From: the human T2T-CHM13v2.0 reference genome, Homo sapiens
Direction of reading: 5' to 3'
NCBI GenBank assembly: GCA_009914755.4
Contig: CP086569.2
Coordinates: 3,616,001 to 3,680,000, forward strand
DNA: 64,000 bases
Shown: one piece after another, positions 16,117 to 28,132 of the stretch
Numbering within the stretch: the first letter of the stretch is position 1
How the letters are laid out: each line of letters opens with the position of its first letter
The notes under the pieces: model-generated
Database searches by the model: none
What the model was told of the DNA's origin: nothing
The model's input: the letters and a program-made list of their open reading frames with translations, nothing else
Program-made: the position numbers and the translations under genes

Positions 16117-16175
<59 letters not shown>
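16117..16175. repeat. (TA)n microsatellite, about 29 units
   Basis: Uninterrupted 'tatatata…' run read directly. Confidence 0.95.
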
Positions 16176-16178
<3 letters not shown>

Positions 16179-16389
16179 CTATTGGTTATATAGGCTATTG
16201 ATCTATCAATATATCAGAACATACATGTGCATCAAGAGAATTATAATGAAGAATTGGCTCATGAGACTGTGGAGACTAAGTCCCATAATCTGCTAAATAC
16301 AAATTGGAATCCAAAGAAGGCCAATGGAGTAATTCAGTCCTGGACTAAAGGCCTGAGAACCAGTGGAGCCAAGGGGGGTATAATTTCCA

Positions 16390-16870
16390 GTCTGAGAATC
16401 AAAGAAAATGAGTTGAAATGTTTCGGTCATTGTAGCAGGGAAAAAATAAAAATAAAAAGAGTGAGTTACTTTTTCCTCCCCCTTTTGTTCTATTTAGGCC
16501 CTCAGGAGATTGGGAGATGCCCACTCACAATGGAGATCCACAATCTACTGATCCACCAATTCAAATGCTAATCTCAACTGGAAAGACCCTCACAGACACA
16601 CTAGGAAATTACGTTTAATCTGGGCACCCCATGGCCAGTCATGATGACACATAAAATTAACCATCCTAATTACACTCCTTGTCCATTCGGCACCCATATG
16701 CATCTCCTTAAACAATACTTAATCTTCAAGTAAAGATTATAACAAGATCATAACACTGCCTAACATGATACAAGTACCATGCAAAAAAACAAAAACATGC
16801 TTACTTCTTCCCAAAAGGGGAGGCAAATTCTTTGGTCGATGTTTACTCTTCTCCTTGACATCATGTAACC
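16390..16870. repeat. LTR-like direct repeat, copy 1 (about 75% identical to 19870-20290)
   Basis: '…tatttaggccctcaggagattgggagatgcccactc…ccaattcaaatgctaatctcaactgg…acgtttaatctgggcaccccatggccagtcatgatgacacataaaattaaccatcc…cttcttcccaaaaggggaggcaaattctttggtcgatgt' aligns collinearly with the second copy. Confidence 0.45.
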
Positions 16871-19870
16871 TAAATACTATGATGTAACATGATGTAAAAT
16901 TAACAATACTAAAATGAAATTTGTATGAATTAAAATCAATACATTTTATGTTACATCATAAGGGAATAAGAAAGCAAAACACAACAAAGATTTTACACAC
17001 ACACACGTACACACGAATATATGAATGTACTCATAGGAAATTAAGGAAAAATTGGTTATGACAATTATAATTCTCCTTTCTGTAACTGATCACATGGTCA
17101 TAGCTGTTATTTATAACTATCTTCTTCCACTACCTATTTTCTATTCTCTTTGACTTCAGCAAGCACCTCAACTGAAGTTTGGGTGTTCAATGAAGCACCC
17201 AAAGTTCATTGCTGAAGAGTCTGGGCCATTAGTAGTCCTGCTTAGATGGATTGTTACAGGTTTCTATTTAGATTGTTATAGTTGTCCATTCAAGTTAATC
17301 ACAAGGCACGGGGATATTAAGAGACACCATAAGAGATCTCCTGTATTCTAGACATACTCTTCCTTATCTCCATTACGGAGTAGCAGTCCAATATCTCCCT
17401 TGGTAATCAGGATCAATCATCTCAGCCAACATTGTAACTTCCATCTTTGTTGATTTGGAGATGTGAAGAGCCCTAAGAGGCCAGGTGGAAGTCTTAATTT
17501 CAAGTTCAATGAAATCATTGTTACCTCTCCTGGTGGAAGCATTCCTCCCGCAGGAACTAAGACCTCTAGGCCAGCAGAGCATAAAATCACAGAAACAGGA
17601 AGCAAAATCTTGCTGGTTGGTCACTATGGATGCTAGTGAACATTGTCACTCCAGTTCTACCACTTGATTCTTGGACCCATGAGTCCTGGCTATGAGAAAA
17701 ACAGCACCATATATTGGACACTGATTCACAGCACAGCCTTCTGGAAAACCTTTCCCCAGGCTTGCACGGTGTTTACATTTAGCTGTTGTAACTGAGTCTT
17801 CAAAAGGCTATTCCACTGTTCCATCAAGCCAGCTACTTCAAGATGGTATGCATCATGGTAAGGCCAATGAACTTCATGGTCATGGACCTATCTATTGTCA
17901 CATTTATTTTGCTGTAAACTGAGTTTCTTGATCTAAAACAACAGTGTGTAGGGTGTCATAACAGTGACTGAGACATTTTGTAAGTCCCCAAATGGTAGTT
18001 TTGGCAAAAGAACTGCATGCAGAGAAGGCACATTAATTTCCAGAGTAAGTGTTTATTCCACAAACAATAAAATGCAGCTCCTTTCTTGATGGAAGTGGTC
18101 AAATGTAATCAACTTGCCAACAGGTAGTTGGCTGATTACCCTGGGTAAAGGTATCATCTCGGGGACTCAGTTCTTTTTGATGGCAGACTGGACACTCAGT
18201 GGTGGTCATAGCCAAGTTGCCCTTGGTGAGTTAAAAGCCATGTTGCTAAGCAAGTCTCCATTTCTGCTGCCATGGCCACTTCGTGAACCACTGAGCAACG
18301 ATGGTGTGGCAGGGGAAAGAGGCTGACTAGTATCTGGAAAATGGGTATTCTATCCACTAACCATTAAAATTATTTGCTGAGGTCTCTTGTTAGCGAGTAA
18401 TCACATAAGACACAAAGCCTTCATAATTTTTGCCCATTCAGAGAGGTCTAACCACAAACCTCTTCCTCACATGTCTGTCATCAATTTTACAATTATGTTC
18501 CTTCCAAGTCCCTGACCAACTAGCCAAACTACTGGTCACAGCCCATGAATCAGTATGCAATTGCACCTCTGGCCATTTCTTCTTCCAAGCCAAGTGAATA
18601 ACTGGGTGCACTGCTCCAGGTTATGCCCACTGAGAAAATTTCCCTTTGCCACGCTCCTTCAGGAATATACCAGAGGGGGGCAGTAGATCTGCAGCTGTTG
18701 ACTTTTGAATGATGCCTGCATATTATGCAGGTGTAAACAGGGTTTAAGTTTTCTCTGCCTTTGTCAAAGGATCATAAGTTATTCACCACGAGGTCATACG
18801 TAAAGGGTAAAAGAGAGAAAGTAGCATAGTAGGAATAAGGACAATAGGTACCTGACCCACTTCTTCACGTAACTTACTTGCGTCTCAGGATCTTCTCAGG
18901 CCAAGTAATTCATATGTCACTTCTGTTTGATGATGTAGTGTTGCTGTGCATGCTCAGTTGTATGAGTTTTCTGGTTAGATAACACCCATTTTATGATGCG
19001 AAGCTTAGGTTACATGGTAAATTGGTGGAGACGGTTAAGCGTTCAGTCTCTACTAAAGGCTAGTCACAGGCCAAGAACTGTTTCTCAAAAGGAGAGTAGT
19101 CATCTTCAGAGGATGACAGGATCTTGCTCCAAAATTTTAAAGACCCCCACTGCACCTATAGGAGGTGGCCAAGGGCTTCAAATAGTATTCCTATCTGATG
19201 AATGATATGGTGCAAGTGGAAGAGCAGCTTGCACTTAGGACTGAACTTATTACAGAGCCATCTCTTATTGTGAGTCCCACTCCAAATCAACAGCTTCTCT
19301 AGTCACTTGGTAAATGGGCTGAAACTACACACTCAAATGAGGAGTATGTGGCCTTCAAAATCCAAAGAGTCCCGCTAGGAGTTGTACCTACTTCTTGGTT
19401 GTTGGAAGGGCCAGATGCAACAACTAATCCTTCACTTTAGCAGGAATATCTCAAGAGGCCCCACTCATACCACTGTACCCCAGAAATTTGACTGAGGTAG
19501 AAATCCCATGGAATTTAGTGAAATTTATTTTCTGTCCTCCCTGACATACAGATGTCTTATCAATAAGTCTAGAGTAGGCAGTACCTCTTCCTCACTAAAT
19601 CCATTCAGCACAATATCATCAATGTAATGGACCAGTGTGCTATCTTGTGGAAGGGAAAGGTGATCAAGATCCCTGTTAACTAAATTCTGACATCGGGCTA
19701 GGGAGTTGATATAACCCTGAGGCATGACAGTGAAGGTGTACTGGTGGCCTTGTCAGCTGAAAGCAAACTGCTCTGGTCAGCCATAAGGACAGGTTTGGAG
19801 AAAAATCATTTACCAGATCAATGGCTGCATACTACGTATCTGGGGATGGCTTAATTTGCTGAAACAATGA
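16870..19870 (-). mobile_element. Endogenous retrovirus internal region, class II / HERV-K-like (betaretroviral) pol remnant, heavily decayed
   Basis: Minus-strand translation around 19400-19870 gives RT motifs '…AAIDLVNDFSPNLSLWL…' (a frameshift) then '…[20 protein letters not shown]…VHYIDDIVL' (LPQG box plus YIDD). The HYIDDI motif matches HERV-K-type RT. No intact ORF of 120 aa or more. Confidence 0.6.
19525..19870 (-). pseudogene. Retroviral reverse-transcriptase remnant (LPQG…YIDD), frameshifted
   Basis: Track ORF 19525..19725(-) '[43 protein letters not shown]…'. The upstream part is in another frame and carries the 'IDL.D.F' box. Confidence 0.6.
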
Positions 19871-20290
19871 AAACACAGACAGTCTGAGGGCTAAAGAAGA
19901 TGAAATGAGATGATCTAGCTCAAACTGTGAGGCAGAAAAAAACAGTCTAATTTATCATTCCTTGTTTCTTTGTTATATTTAGGGCCTCAGTGGATCAGAT
20001 AATGTCTGTCCACTTTGGGGAGGCCAATCTATTTTATTGAGTCCACTAATTGAAATGCTAATTTCACTCAGAATTACCCTCATAGACATGCCTAGAAATA
20101 ATGTTTAATCTGGATACTTCATGGCCAGTCAGATTGAGACATACAATTAACCATTACAAGACATAACTGTTAATTCAGAGTGACTTACACGCATATTATA
20201 AACAAGAAGTTAGATTTAACTTCCCAAAAAAGAAGAATAAAAAGATGGCAAATGTTTGGGTCATCACGATGTAAGTGGCCTTATTAAAAC
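19870..20290. repeat. LTR-like direct repeat, copy 2
   Basis: '…tatttagggcctcagtggatcagataatgtctgtccactttggggaggccaatc…ctaattgaaatgctaatttcactcag…atgtttaatctggatacttcatggccagtcagattgagacatacaattaaccattac…taacttcccaaaaaagaagaataaaaagatggcaaatgtttgggtcatcacgatgt'. Confidence 0.45.
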
Positions 20291-21898
20291 CCTTGAAATG
20301 CAAGGTGAGGTAGTAATATATTAAATTGTTTACATTTTTCTTATTATGTTTATTTAATAAACACTTTAGTAACACTTATGTTAATCACAGTTTTAAGTAT
20401 CATAAAAACATTCATTTGATTCTTATTTCAATTGTATAAATTAGTTACTATTATTACTCACATTTTACAGACAACTCTTTAAGTAACTCGTCCAAAGTAA
20501 CACATTTAAAGAGTGACAGAGCCCAAGCAGGCAGAGTCTGGAGTGATTAATCAGGTGTTAAGATGTTTCTCTTTTTTCTTTGTTGGTAACCATGTAACAA
20601 GTCGGAAATTATCCTTAGTTTGAGAGCACAACACCTGTTTCAATTTTCTTCAATGTTAGAGAAAAAAGAAAAAAAAAAGTGACAGGATTTAGCAAGTTAA
20701 AGTAAGTATGATTCTTAATTCCATTCTTCCCAAAATGGTGAATTAACATGAGCTGCTGTCTCAATCCCTCAAGAAGAAGAAGAAATAAATGAAACATCTT
20801 TAAACATTTTTTAAGGAAAGTAAATATCAACTGTGTGAAACATCCTAGGGAAATAAAAGTCATTTTGAATTGATGGGAATGTGTGTTTTTGTATACACAT
20901 GGAGAATGCAGAGCTGAATATATTTTTTAGAATAGTTGAATTCTGCTCCTTAGTATCCCCTGCCATTGCCTTGTTTTAATCAACACCTGCCCCTTCACTA
21001 TGAAATTCTGTGGCAAAAATGCATCCCTTAGGCCAGGTGTCCACATGGGCAAAATAGTGCAAAAGCTTTTTTTCATGAAGTTTGACAAGCATCAAACATT
21101 TACTCTTCTCTTTCCTCTTCAAACTTCTAAAGCCATTTGATTACAACCTAGGGTAAGGATAAGGAAACTTTTTATCTGTAGTGGCCAGATATTTAATATT
21201 TTACATTTTGGAGACCACAAAGATCTCTGTCACATATTATTATTTATTTTTATAAACCCTTAAAATGTATAAACCATTTTAGTAAAAATCCTGTACAAAA
21301 CCACATTAGTTCTGAGGTGTATTTGTTCCACTCAATATTTTCTGCAGACTGCTGACCTAGGGCATACCTTCTTCAATTCTGTTTTTCCCTCAGCTTCCAA
21401 AAGCAAGGTATGACTTAAAGAATTCCCTATAGATGGATATAAAACTGGAGTGAATGATAATGTTTCTTCTGTGCTTGGGGCTGCTTATTCTAAGAATCCA
21501 CCTATCCTTCTCTTTGATTATGCTACTGGAGAAAGGGTGTGAGTGACACTGACTGAAGTTTGGCCAGCCCTTGATGTGTGATATGCATTTCCAGTTAGAC
21601 TTACTCCAGTGTCACAGGCAAAAATAGAAATCTGAGAAGTATAAGTACTTTAAAAAATAACTGGATTACAAATATACTAGAAGATAGAGATCGTAGACCA
21701 CATTGGTCATTTAAAATGATTATCTGAATTTATAATAAGTCATATATATATATACTAAAAATTAAAAGAAAAAATTTTAGTGATATGAAACAGAAAAAAG
21801 AACTCAGGAATAACTAGAAATTATAGGGTAAATAGTTGAATAAATACATATACAAAATGAACTAATGAGTTGAGAAACAATATTAAACTTTCCCAAAG

Positions 21899-22392
21899 TG
21901 TGTCCGGAGTTGGTTCCTGCCTGTGGGTTCGTGGTCTCACTGACTTCAAGAATGAAGCTGCAGACCTTCTCGGCGAGTGTTACAGCCCTTAAAGGTGGCA
22001 CAGACCCAAAGAGTGAGCAGCAGCAAGATTTATTGTGAAGAGTGAAAGAACAAAGTTTCCACAGCGTGGAAGGGGACCCAAGTGGGTTGCCGCTATTGGC
22101 CAGGGTGGCCAGCTTGTATTCCTTTATTTGTCCCCTACCATGTTCCATTTCTGTCCTATTAGAATGCCCTTTTTTTCAATCCTTCCTGCGATTGGCTACT
22201 TTTAAGATCCCTGATTGATACATTTTACAGACCTCTGATTGGTGCATTTTACAATCCTCTTGCTAGCTCCAGAGTGCTGGTTGGTGCATTTTGACAGAGT
22301 GCTGATAGTTGCATTTTACAATCCTCTTGTAAGACAGAAAAGTTCTCCAAGTCCCCACTCGATGCAGGAAGTCCAGCTGGCTTCACCTTTCA
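21899..22392 (+). mobile_element. Solo LTR, ERV9 family (LTR12-like); 4-bp TSD AAAG
   Basis: 'tgtgtccggagttggttcctgcctgtgggttcgtggtctcactgacttcaagaatgaagctgcagaccttc…gtgagcagcagcaagatttattg…cgtggaaggggacccaagtgggttgcc' followed by about 5 GATTGGTGCATTTTACA-type sub-repeats, ending '…ccagctggcttcacctttca'. AAAG occurs at 21895-21898 and 22393-22396. Confidence 0.7.
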
Positions 22393-24299
22393 AAAGGAAA
22401 ATAAAAGTGGTAAAAGAAATAGAAGTTATAAACAAATAAACAAAAAGTTAAAAACTAGTAGAATAGTAGAAAACACATAAATAGGTGTTTAATAGAGGCC
22501 AGGATAAGTTAATTCTTACAAAGACACAAAGACCTGAGAATATTTGCAAGAGAATGACTCACCTTGAAAATCTTTTTGGGGGATCTATCCAAATTATAAA
22601 ATGAACAAATAGAACAGATGTTGCAAGAGACAGGCAAGGTAAAGTTGATTAAATAACTTGATAAATTTTGTAATTGTTAACAAATATAGCTAATAACAAA
22701 GAAAAGAGGGAGAAGATTATATTCATAGTTATCTAGAATTTAAATGATACAAAGCAACAACATAATATTCAGGGCACAGGTTATTGACAGATCAAGAATA
22801 TGAAAATATCAAACAGTATTTTCCAATTAGGAAGAAGGCATAAATGTAGATATCTGTGTTTGTTTGTTTCTTTGTATATGTGCGTTAAGAAAGAACAAAC
22901 ATAAAAGATGTTTAGTGAGTCAAATTCAAATAAAAAACTAGGATGTTAGAAGTCTATATATTTCAATATTTACAATAATTATAATAAATTGACCATTTAA
23001 AAGGCAGTGATTAAGGTTGAGTAATGTTAATAATAATAATAGAAACAACAACAACAGTAATAATAAAACCCAACCCTATGTTCCTTGTAAGGAAACCACA
23101 TACAGAAGAAATTCACACAGTTGAGAAAAAAAGGATGAAAATCAATATGATATAAAATTACTAATAAAATATCTGGTGTGTCATGTTTATACCATACAAC
23201 ATAGAGATATAAAAAGCATCATTAGGACAATTACATAATTATAAAAATTTAATTCACTAAGACAGTAAAGCAATTCTAATTGTATAGGCACCTAAAAGTT
23301 TCATAAAATATATATGTAGCAAATATTGATAGAATTACAAGGAAAAAGAAATTTCCCACTTCTATGGTAGAAAATTTTATCACAGCTTTATAAGCATATA
23401 ATATTTATAAACATAAATCGAAGTCTAAGAGTGACATCAACAAAATGGTTGACCAGGAAACTCCATGATCTTGTTCTTCTGTCAATGCAACACACAAAAA
23501 AAAACCCAAAAAACTGATGAAATAGACTTTGTAAGAGCCCTGAAAAACAGACAAATGTCTACAGCAACTAGTGAACATCCAATCAAGAAATTTAAAAAAT
23601 AATGGTAAGTTTTAAAGTGATTTTGTTCAAACTTGTCCCACCTCCTTCCTGGTGCAGCATGGTCTTGGTCTGCAGGATGTTGCAGCCCAGTTTTAAATTT
23701 TCTTTCTCAAACTGGAGGACACAGAACAGATATTATTTCTAATGTTTTAACCTTTCTGGGAGCTGCCTCTTTATCTTATGTTGGAGCTCAGTTCAGGCAA
23801 CATAGTTGAAAGAGGCAGGCACAGCTCTTATACTGCAGGCAGACAAAGAAGCACAGGCACCTGGGGGTAAAAGATTATGAGTAGAGATGTACAATAGACA
23901 GTCTAAATCTCTTAGGAAAAGCTGGGTTGAACCTCTTTGGGAAATGAAGATGTTAAAAAGCAGCTGTATACGGCACATAAGGATGAATTTTTAAAAGTCT
24001 GATCTGAGACTCCTGATCAGAAAAGACCAGAGAAGACCTTCAGCCTCATATCAGGCTGATTCTAAGGCTCAAAAAATGCTCTGCTGATTAGAGAATGACT
24101 TCCTTGGCTCAGAGCCAGTCTTCAAAGACTGAGAGAGGAATCTGCTTTTTTTGAATATTCAATGTTTGACAGCAACAAAAATAACAAGGCATACAGAAAA
24201 CATCAGAAAAATCTGATCCATTCAAAACAAACAAACAAACAAACAATAAAGTTGAAGAAATTGTCTCTAGAGAAACACAGGCTTGGACTTACTAGCCAA

Positions 24300-25032
24300 A
24301 ATTTTAAAGTAACTGTGTTTCCCTTATGCTGAAAGACCTGAAGGGAAAGATGGACATGGAATAATAAAAATCAGAAAAACAATATAAGAGCAAAATGAAA
24401 ATATCAACAAAACTACAGAAATTATAAAAAGAAAGCCAAATCAAAATTCTTATATTAAAAAATTGTATAACTGAATTGAAACATTCACAAAAGGGATTCA
24501 ACAGTATATGCAAGTAAGCAGAGGGAAGAATCAACAACTTGACTAGTTGTTTGAAATAATTGAGTGTGAGAAGCAAAAAGAAAAAAAAAGAATAAATAAG
24601 GGTAAACATAAACTAAAAAAACTTAAGGGACTTCATTAAAAGGACCACTGTACAGATCACACGAGTCTCAGAAGGAAAAGACAGATAAATAACGGGGTAG
24701 AGAGAGTATTTTGAAGAATTAATGGTTGAAAACTCTCTAAATTTGAGAAAATACATGAATCTATAAATCCAAGAAGCTCCCAAGAAGACCGACACTGAAC
24801 AATCAAATATTCAAAAGCCAAAAGAGAATCTTGAAACCAGCAAGAGAAACTCATGTAACCCACTATATACAAGGGATTCTCAATAAGATTAACAGTGGAT
24901 ATCATAACAGAAACTTTGGAGGGAAAAAGGGAGTAGAATGATATATTTAAAGTGGTGAAAATAGAAAATTGTTAACCAATAGTTTTTATATCCAGCAAAA
25001 CTGTCTTTTGAAAATGAGGGAGAAATTAAGAC
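24300..25032 (+). mobile_element. Old L1 fragment (end of 5'UTR and ORF1 C-terminal region), 3'-truncated or interrupted
   Basis: Plus-strand translation of 24640-25020 gives the L1 ORF1p C-terminus in broken frames: '…FEELMVENSLNLRKYMNL.IQEA…' and '…ILYPAKLSFENEGEIKTFSD' (canonical '…ILYPAKLSFKNEGEIKTF…'). Confidence 0.65.
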
Positions 25033-25393
25033 ATTCTCAGATGTCTTAGGCCACTTCTGGTGCTATAGCTGACTAGTACAGACTGGGTAATTCTTCAAAC
25101 AAAAAAGAAAAGTCTATTTGGCTCATGGCTCCAAAGGCTAGGAAGTTTAAGAGCATGGCACCAGCATCTGGTGAGGGTAATGTCCCAGTGCAAGGATGGA
25201 AGGCAGAAGTAAACACTTGATATATAGAGAGATGTGAGCTGAATTGATCCTTTTTATCATAAATCAACTCCCACAATAACTAACCTAGTCCTCTGGTAGT
25301 GATACTAATCCATTTATGAGGATGGAGCCCTCATAGCCTATCACTTTGTTAAGGCCCCATCACCCAACACCATCACAATGACAATTAAATTTC

Positions 25394-25397
<4 letters not shown>
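25033..25397 (-). mobile_element. MaLR-superfamily LTR (MST/MLT1-type), antisense
   Basis: 'tgtcttaggccacttctggtgctatagctgactagtacagactgggtaattcttcaaacaaaaaagaaaagtctatttggctcatggctccaaaggctaggaagtttaagagcatggcaccagc…ccatcacccaacaccatcacaatgacaattaaatttcaacaca' is the reverse complement of the MaLR LTR ('…GTTTAAGCCACCCAGTCTGTGGTATTTTGTTATAGCAGCC…AATACA'). Confidence 0.7.

Positions 25398-25443
<46 letters not shown>
25395..25443. repeat. (CA)n microsatellite, about 24 units
   Basis: 'acacacac…' run read directly, abutting the MaLR LTR. Confidence 0.95.
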
Positions 25444-25446
<3 letters not shown>

Positions 25447-26529
25447 GTATATGAATATAGATCCAGATGGTAACACATATAAGTATTTATAGATATGTGT
25501 ATTTACACAGGTTAGTATGCACAGATATATTTCTTTTCCCCATTAGCTGAGAGGGCCTAAGAGAAGCAATATCTCAGAAGTAAATTACATACTTAATTTC
25601 CCAAATCTCGATTTCTAATACCATCCTCCAATAAAAGAGCCAGAGTTTCTCTGAGAATTGGCTGATTTTAGGACTGGGGCAGAAAATATACAAAATGAGT
25701 CTGGAACATTTTTCAAGGCCAGAAAGTTAAAAAAAAAAGTGCTCAGTTACATAGAGATGGGGGTATATCAAGAAACAGAAGCGCCATTGAAAGAGTTCCC
25801 AATGGCCAATGCTGGAACAATTTGAACAACACAATGAATAAAGTAGTACCAAATTGTAACTTAAAGTATAAATCTTCATGAGTCCAAAAACTAACATAAA
25901 TAAATGATTGAATAAATTAATAAATGGGTGTGAAGACACAAATTTTTCACATGGACAAAGTACAAATAAAGTATGTAGATAATCCATCCTAAAGGGGGAT
26001 AACATAACTCCTCATTATTTACGGGTGGGCTCTGCATATCAACTTCTTTTTAAAGAGTATAGAAAGTGGGAAAAAGAGTGACTCTAAAGTGCAGAAGCCT
26101 AACAAACACTATTTCAACCAGGTAATCAATGTGAACATCAAAATTCATAAACCAGGTTGATAGTATGTTCCTTTGATATGATACATAAAATGGCACATTT
26201 TCTCTGTAATCTTCCTTGTAAAACCACATTATTCTGTCTAATGATGAGAAAGACATTAGACAAATTGAGAGACTTTCTATAAAATGCCTGACTAGCACTC
26301 CTCAAAACTGTCATGTTTATTAAAAAGAAGAAAAGTTTTGGAAATGGCCATAGTTAAAAAAAGCTTAAGGAATCATAATAACTACATGTAATGTGGTATT
26401 CAGGATGGGATTCTGGAACTGAAAAAAAAAAGACATTAGGAGAAACTTAAAAAATCTTAATAAAGTAACAATATATTAATATGGGTATATTAATTGTTAC
26501 AAATTTACCATATTGAAATAAGATGAAGC

Positions 26530-26836
<307 letters not shown>

Positions 26837-26869
26837 AGGCCAGAATGACTGGAGAAAAAGAAACTAGTG

Positions 26870-27240
26870 TATTTTGTAAAAAAGATATAGAGAGATAGAT
26901 GATGCAGATATAGATACAGGTGATAGATAGAGAGAGAGAGAGGCATGGATATATGCAAGGGAATGGTGAAATGACAAATATGAGACTTTAAAAAGTGGTC
27001 ACTTTCTTTTGGGTAAACTACAAGAACTGTCAAAGGATGTATATGAGTACATAGGAGATATTGTTAGTAATATACATCTCATGTTTGTAGTGTATTCACA
27101 GGTTTTTATATTTATAGATCTCTCTCTCTCTCCCCACACACACACGTATATTATAGAGAGACAATAGATCGATAGACCAATAGATACAGATAGATCAATG
27201 CATCCACACATACATACATATATTCATGCATAAATGTAAA
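26870..27240. repeat. Compound low-complexity block (GA, GATA/TAGA, CA, CT runs)
   Basis: 'gatatagagagatagatgatgcagatatagatacaggtgatagatagagagagagagagg…' and 'tctctctctctctccccacacacacacgtat…atagatcgatagaccaatagatacagatagatcaatgcatccacacatacatacata'. Confidence 0.7.
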
Positions 27241-27497
27241 ATTTTAAAAGTCATATACACAGCAATGATGAGAAACTCTTATGAACAACGAAGTGTCATT
27301 ATTCCAATTATATGCAACTTATGTTAATCAGCAAATAAGCAGAATAAGAGACGAGCTGTACATTGGCTCTCCAGGGCAAATGCTGATCAATAAAGAGTAT
27401 ATTTCTTAGGCCTTGCCAGGGATCTATAGTAAAAACAAAATTGAGAAACAGAAAAAAAAAATTGAAAATTAGAATTATAAAAAAATTATGAAATTAA

Positions 27498-28132
27498 TGT
27501 GTCTGGAGTTGGTTACTGCTGGTGGGTTTGTGGTCTTGCTGACTTCAAGAATGAAGCCGCAGACCTTCGCGGTGAGTGTTACAGCTCTTAAAGGTGGCAC
27601 AGACCCAAAGAGTGAGCAGCAGCAAGATTTATTGTGAAAAACAAAAGAACAAAGTTTCCACAGTGTGTAAGGGGACCCGAGTGGGTTGCTACTGCTGGCC
27701 GGGGTGGCCAGTTTTTATTCCCTTATTTGTCCCCTCCCATGTTCCGTTTCTATCCTATCAGAATGCTCTTTTTTCAATCCTCCCTGTGATTGGCTACTTT
27801 TAGGATCCTGCTGATTGGTGCATTTTACAGAGCACTGACTGGTGCATTTTACAGAGCACTGATTGGTGCATTTTACAATCCTGGTGCTAGCTACAGAGTG
27901 CTGATTGGTGCGTTTTTACAGAGCGCTGATTGGTGCGTTTTTACAGAGCGCTGATTGGTGCGTTTTTACAGAGCGCTGATTTGTGCATTTTACAATCCTT
28001 TTGCTAGCTACAGAGTGCTGATTGGTGTGTTTTACAGAGCACTGATTGCTGCATTTTGCAATTCTCTTGTAAGACAGAAAAGTTCTCCAAGTCCCCACTA
28101 GACCCAGGAAGTCCGGCTGGCTTCACCTCTCA
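27498..28132 (+). mobile_element. Solo LTR, ERV9 family (LTR12-like); 4-bp TSD TTAA; expanded CCAAT-box sub-repeat array
   Basis: 'tgtgtctggagttggttactgctggtgggtttgtggtcttgctgacttcaagaatgaagccgcagaccttcgcggtgagtgttacagctcttaaaggtggcacagacccaaagagtgagcagcagcaagatttattg…' then 9 tandem units of about 24 bp of 'CTGATTGGTGC(A/G)TTTTACAGAGC(A/G)' (27811-28060, 6 with intact ATTGG), ending '…gtccggctggcttcacctctca'. TTAA occurs at 27494-27497 and 28133-28136. Confidence 0.75.
27811..28060 (+). promoter_or_regulatory. U3 tandem sub-repeat array of the ERV9-type LTR carrying multiple CCAAT (NF-Y-type) boxes
   Basis: 9 direct units containing ATTGG (the reverse of CCAAT) read from the sequence. ERV9 LTR U3 enhancers are described as tandem repeats with recurrent CCAAT/GATA/CCACC motifs. 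Activity here is inferred, not shown. Confidence 0.45.

Noticed and set aside
16227-16571. 114-aa ORF on the plus strand in otherwise unique-looking DNA
   Set aside because: It runs into the LTR-like direct repeat (16390-16870), has no recognisable domain or motif, and is low-complexity and lysine-rich. It is most likely a chance ORF in AT-rich DNA.
17373-17624. Minus-strand ORFs (17373-17624, 17417-17605) with faint similarity to a retroviral protease C-terminus ('…ISLNLKLRL..LLG…')
   Set aside because: The similarity is short and weak, and the position is 3' of the RT remnant on the coding (minus) strand, the wrong order for gag-pro-pol. I could not support it without a database search.
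25450-26340. Minus-strand ORFs 25727-26005 and 26050-26298 next to the L1 ORF1 piece, with a possible L1 3'-region origin
   Set aside because: I could not align the translated or nucleotide sequence convincingly to L1 ORF2 or 3'UTR from memory, so it is left unannotated rather than guessed.
27811-28060. A regular array of about 24-bp direct repeats that could superficially resemble a CRISPR array
   Set aside because: The repeats are contiguous with no unique spacers, contain the CCAAT motif and lie inside an ERV9-type LTR in a primate genome. This is a U3 enhancer sub-repeat array, not CRISPR.
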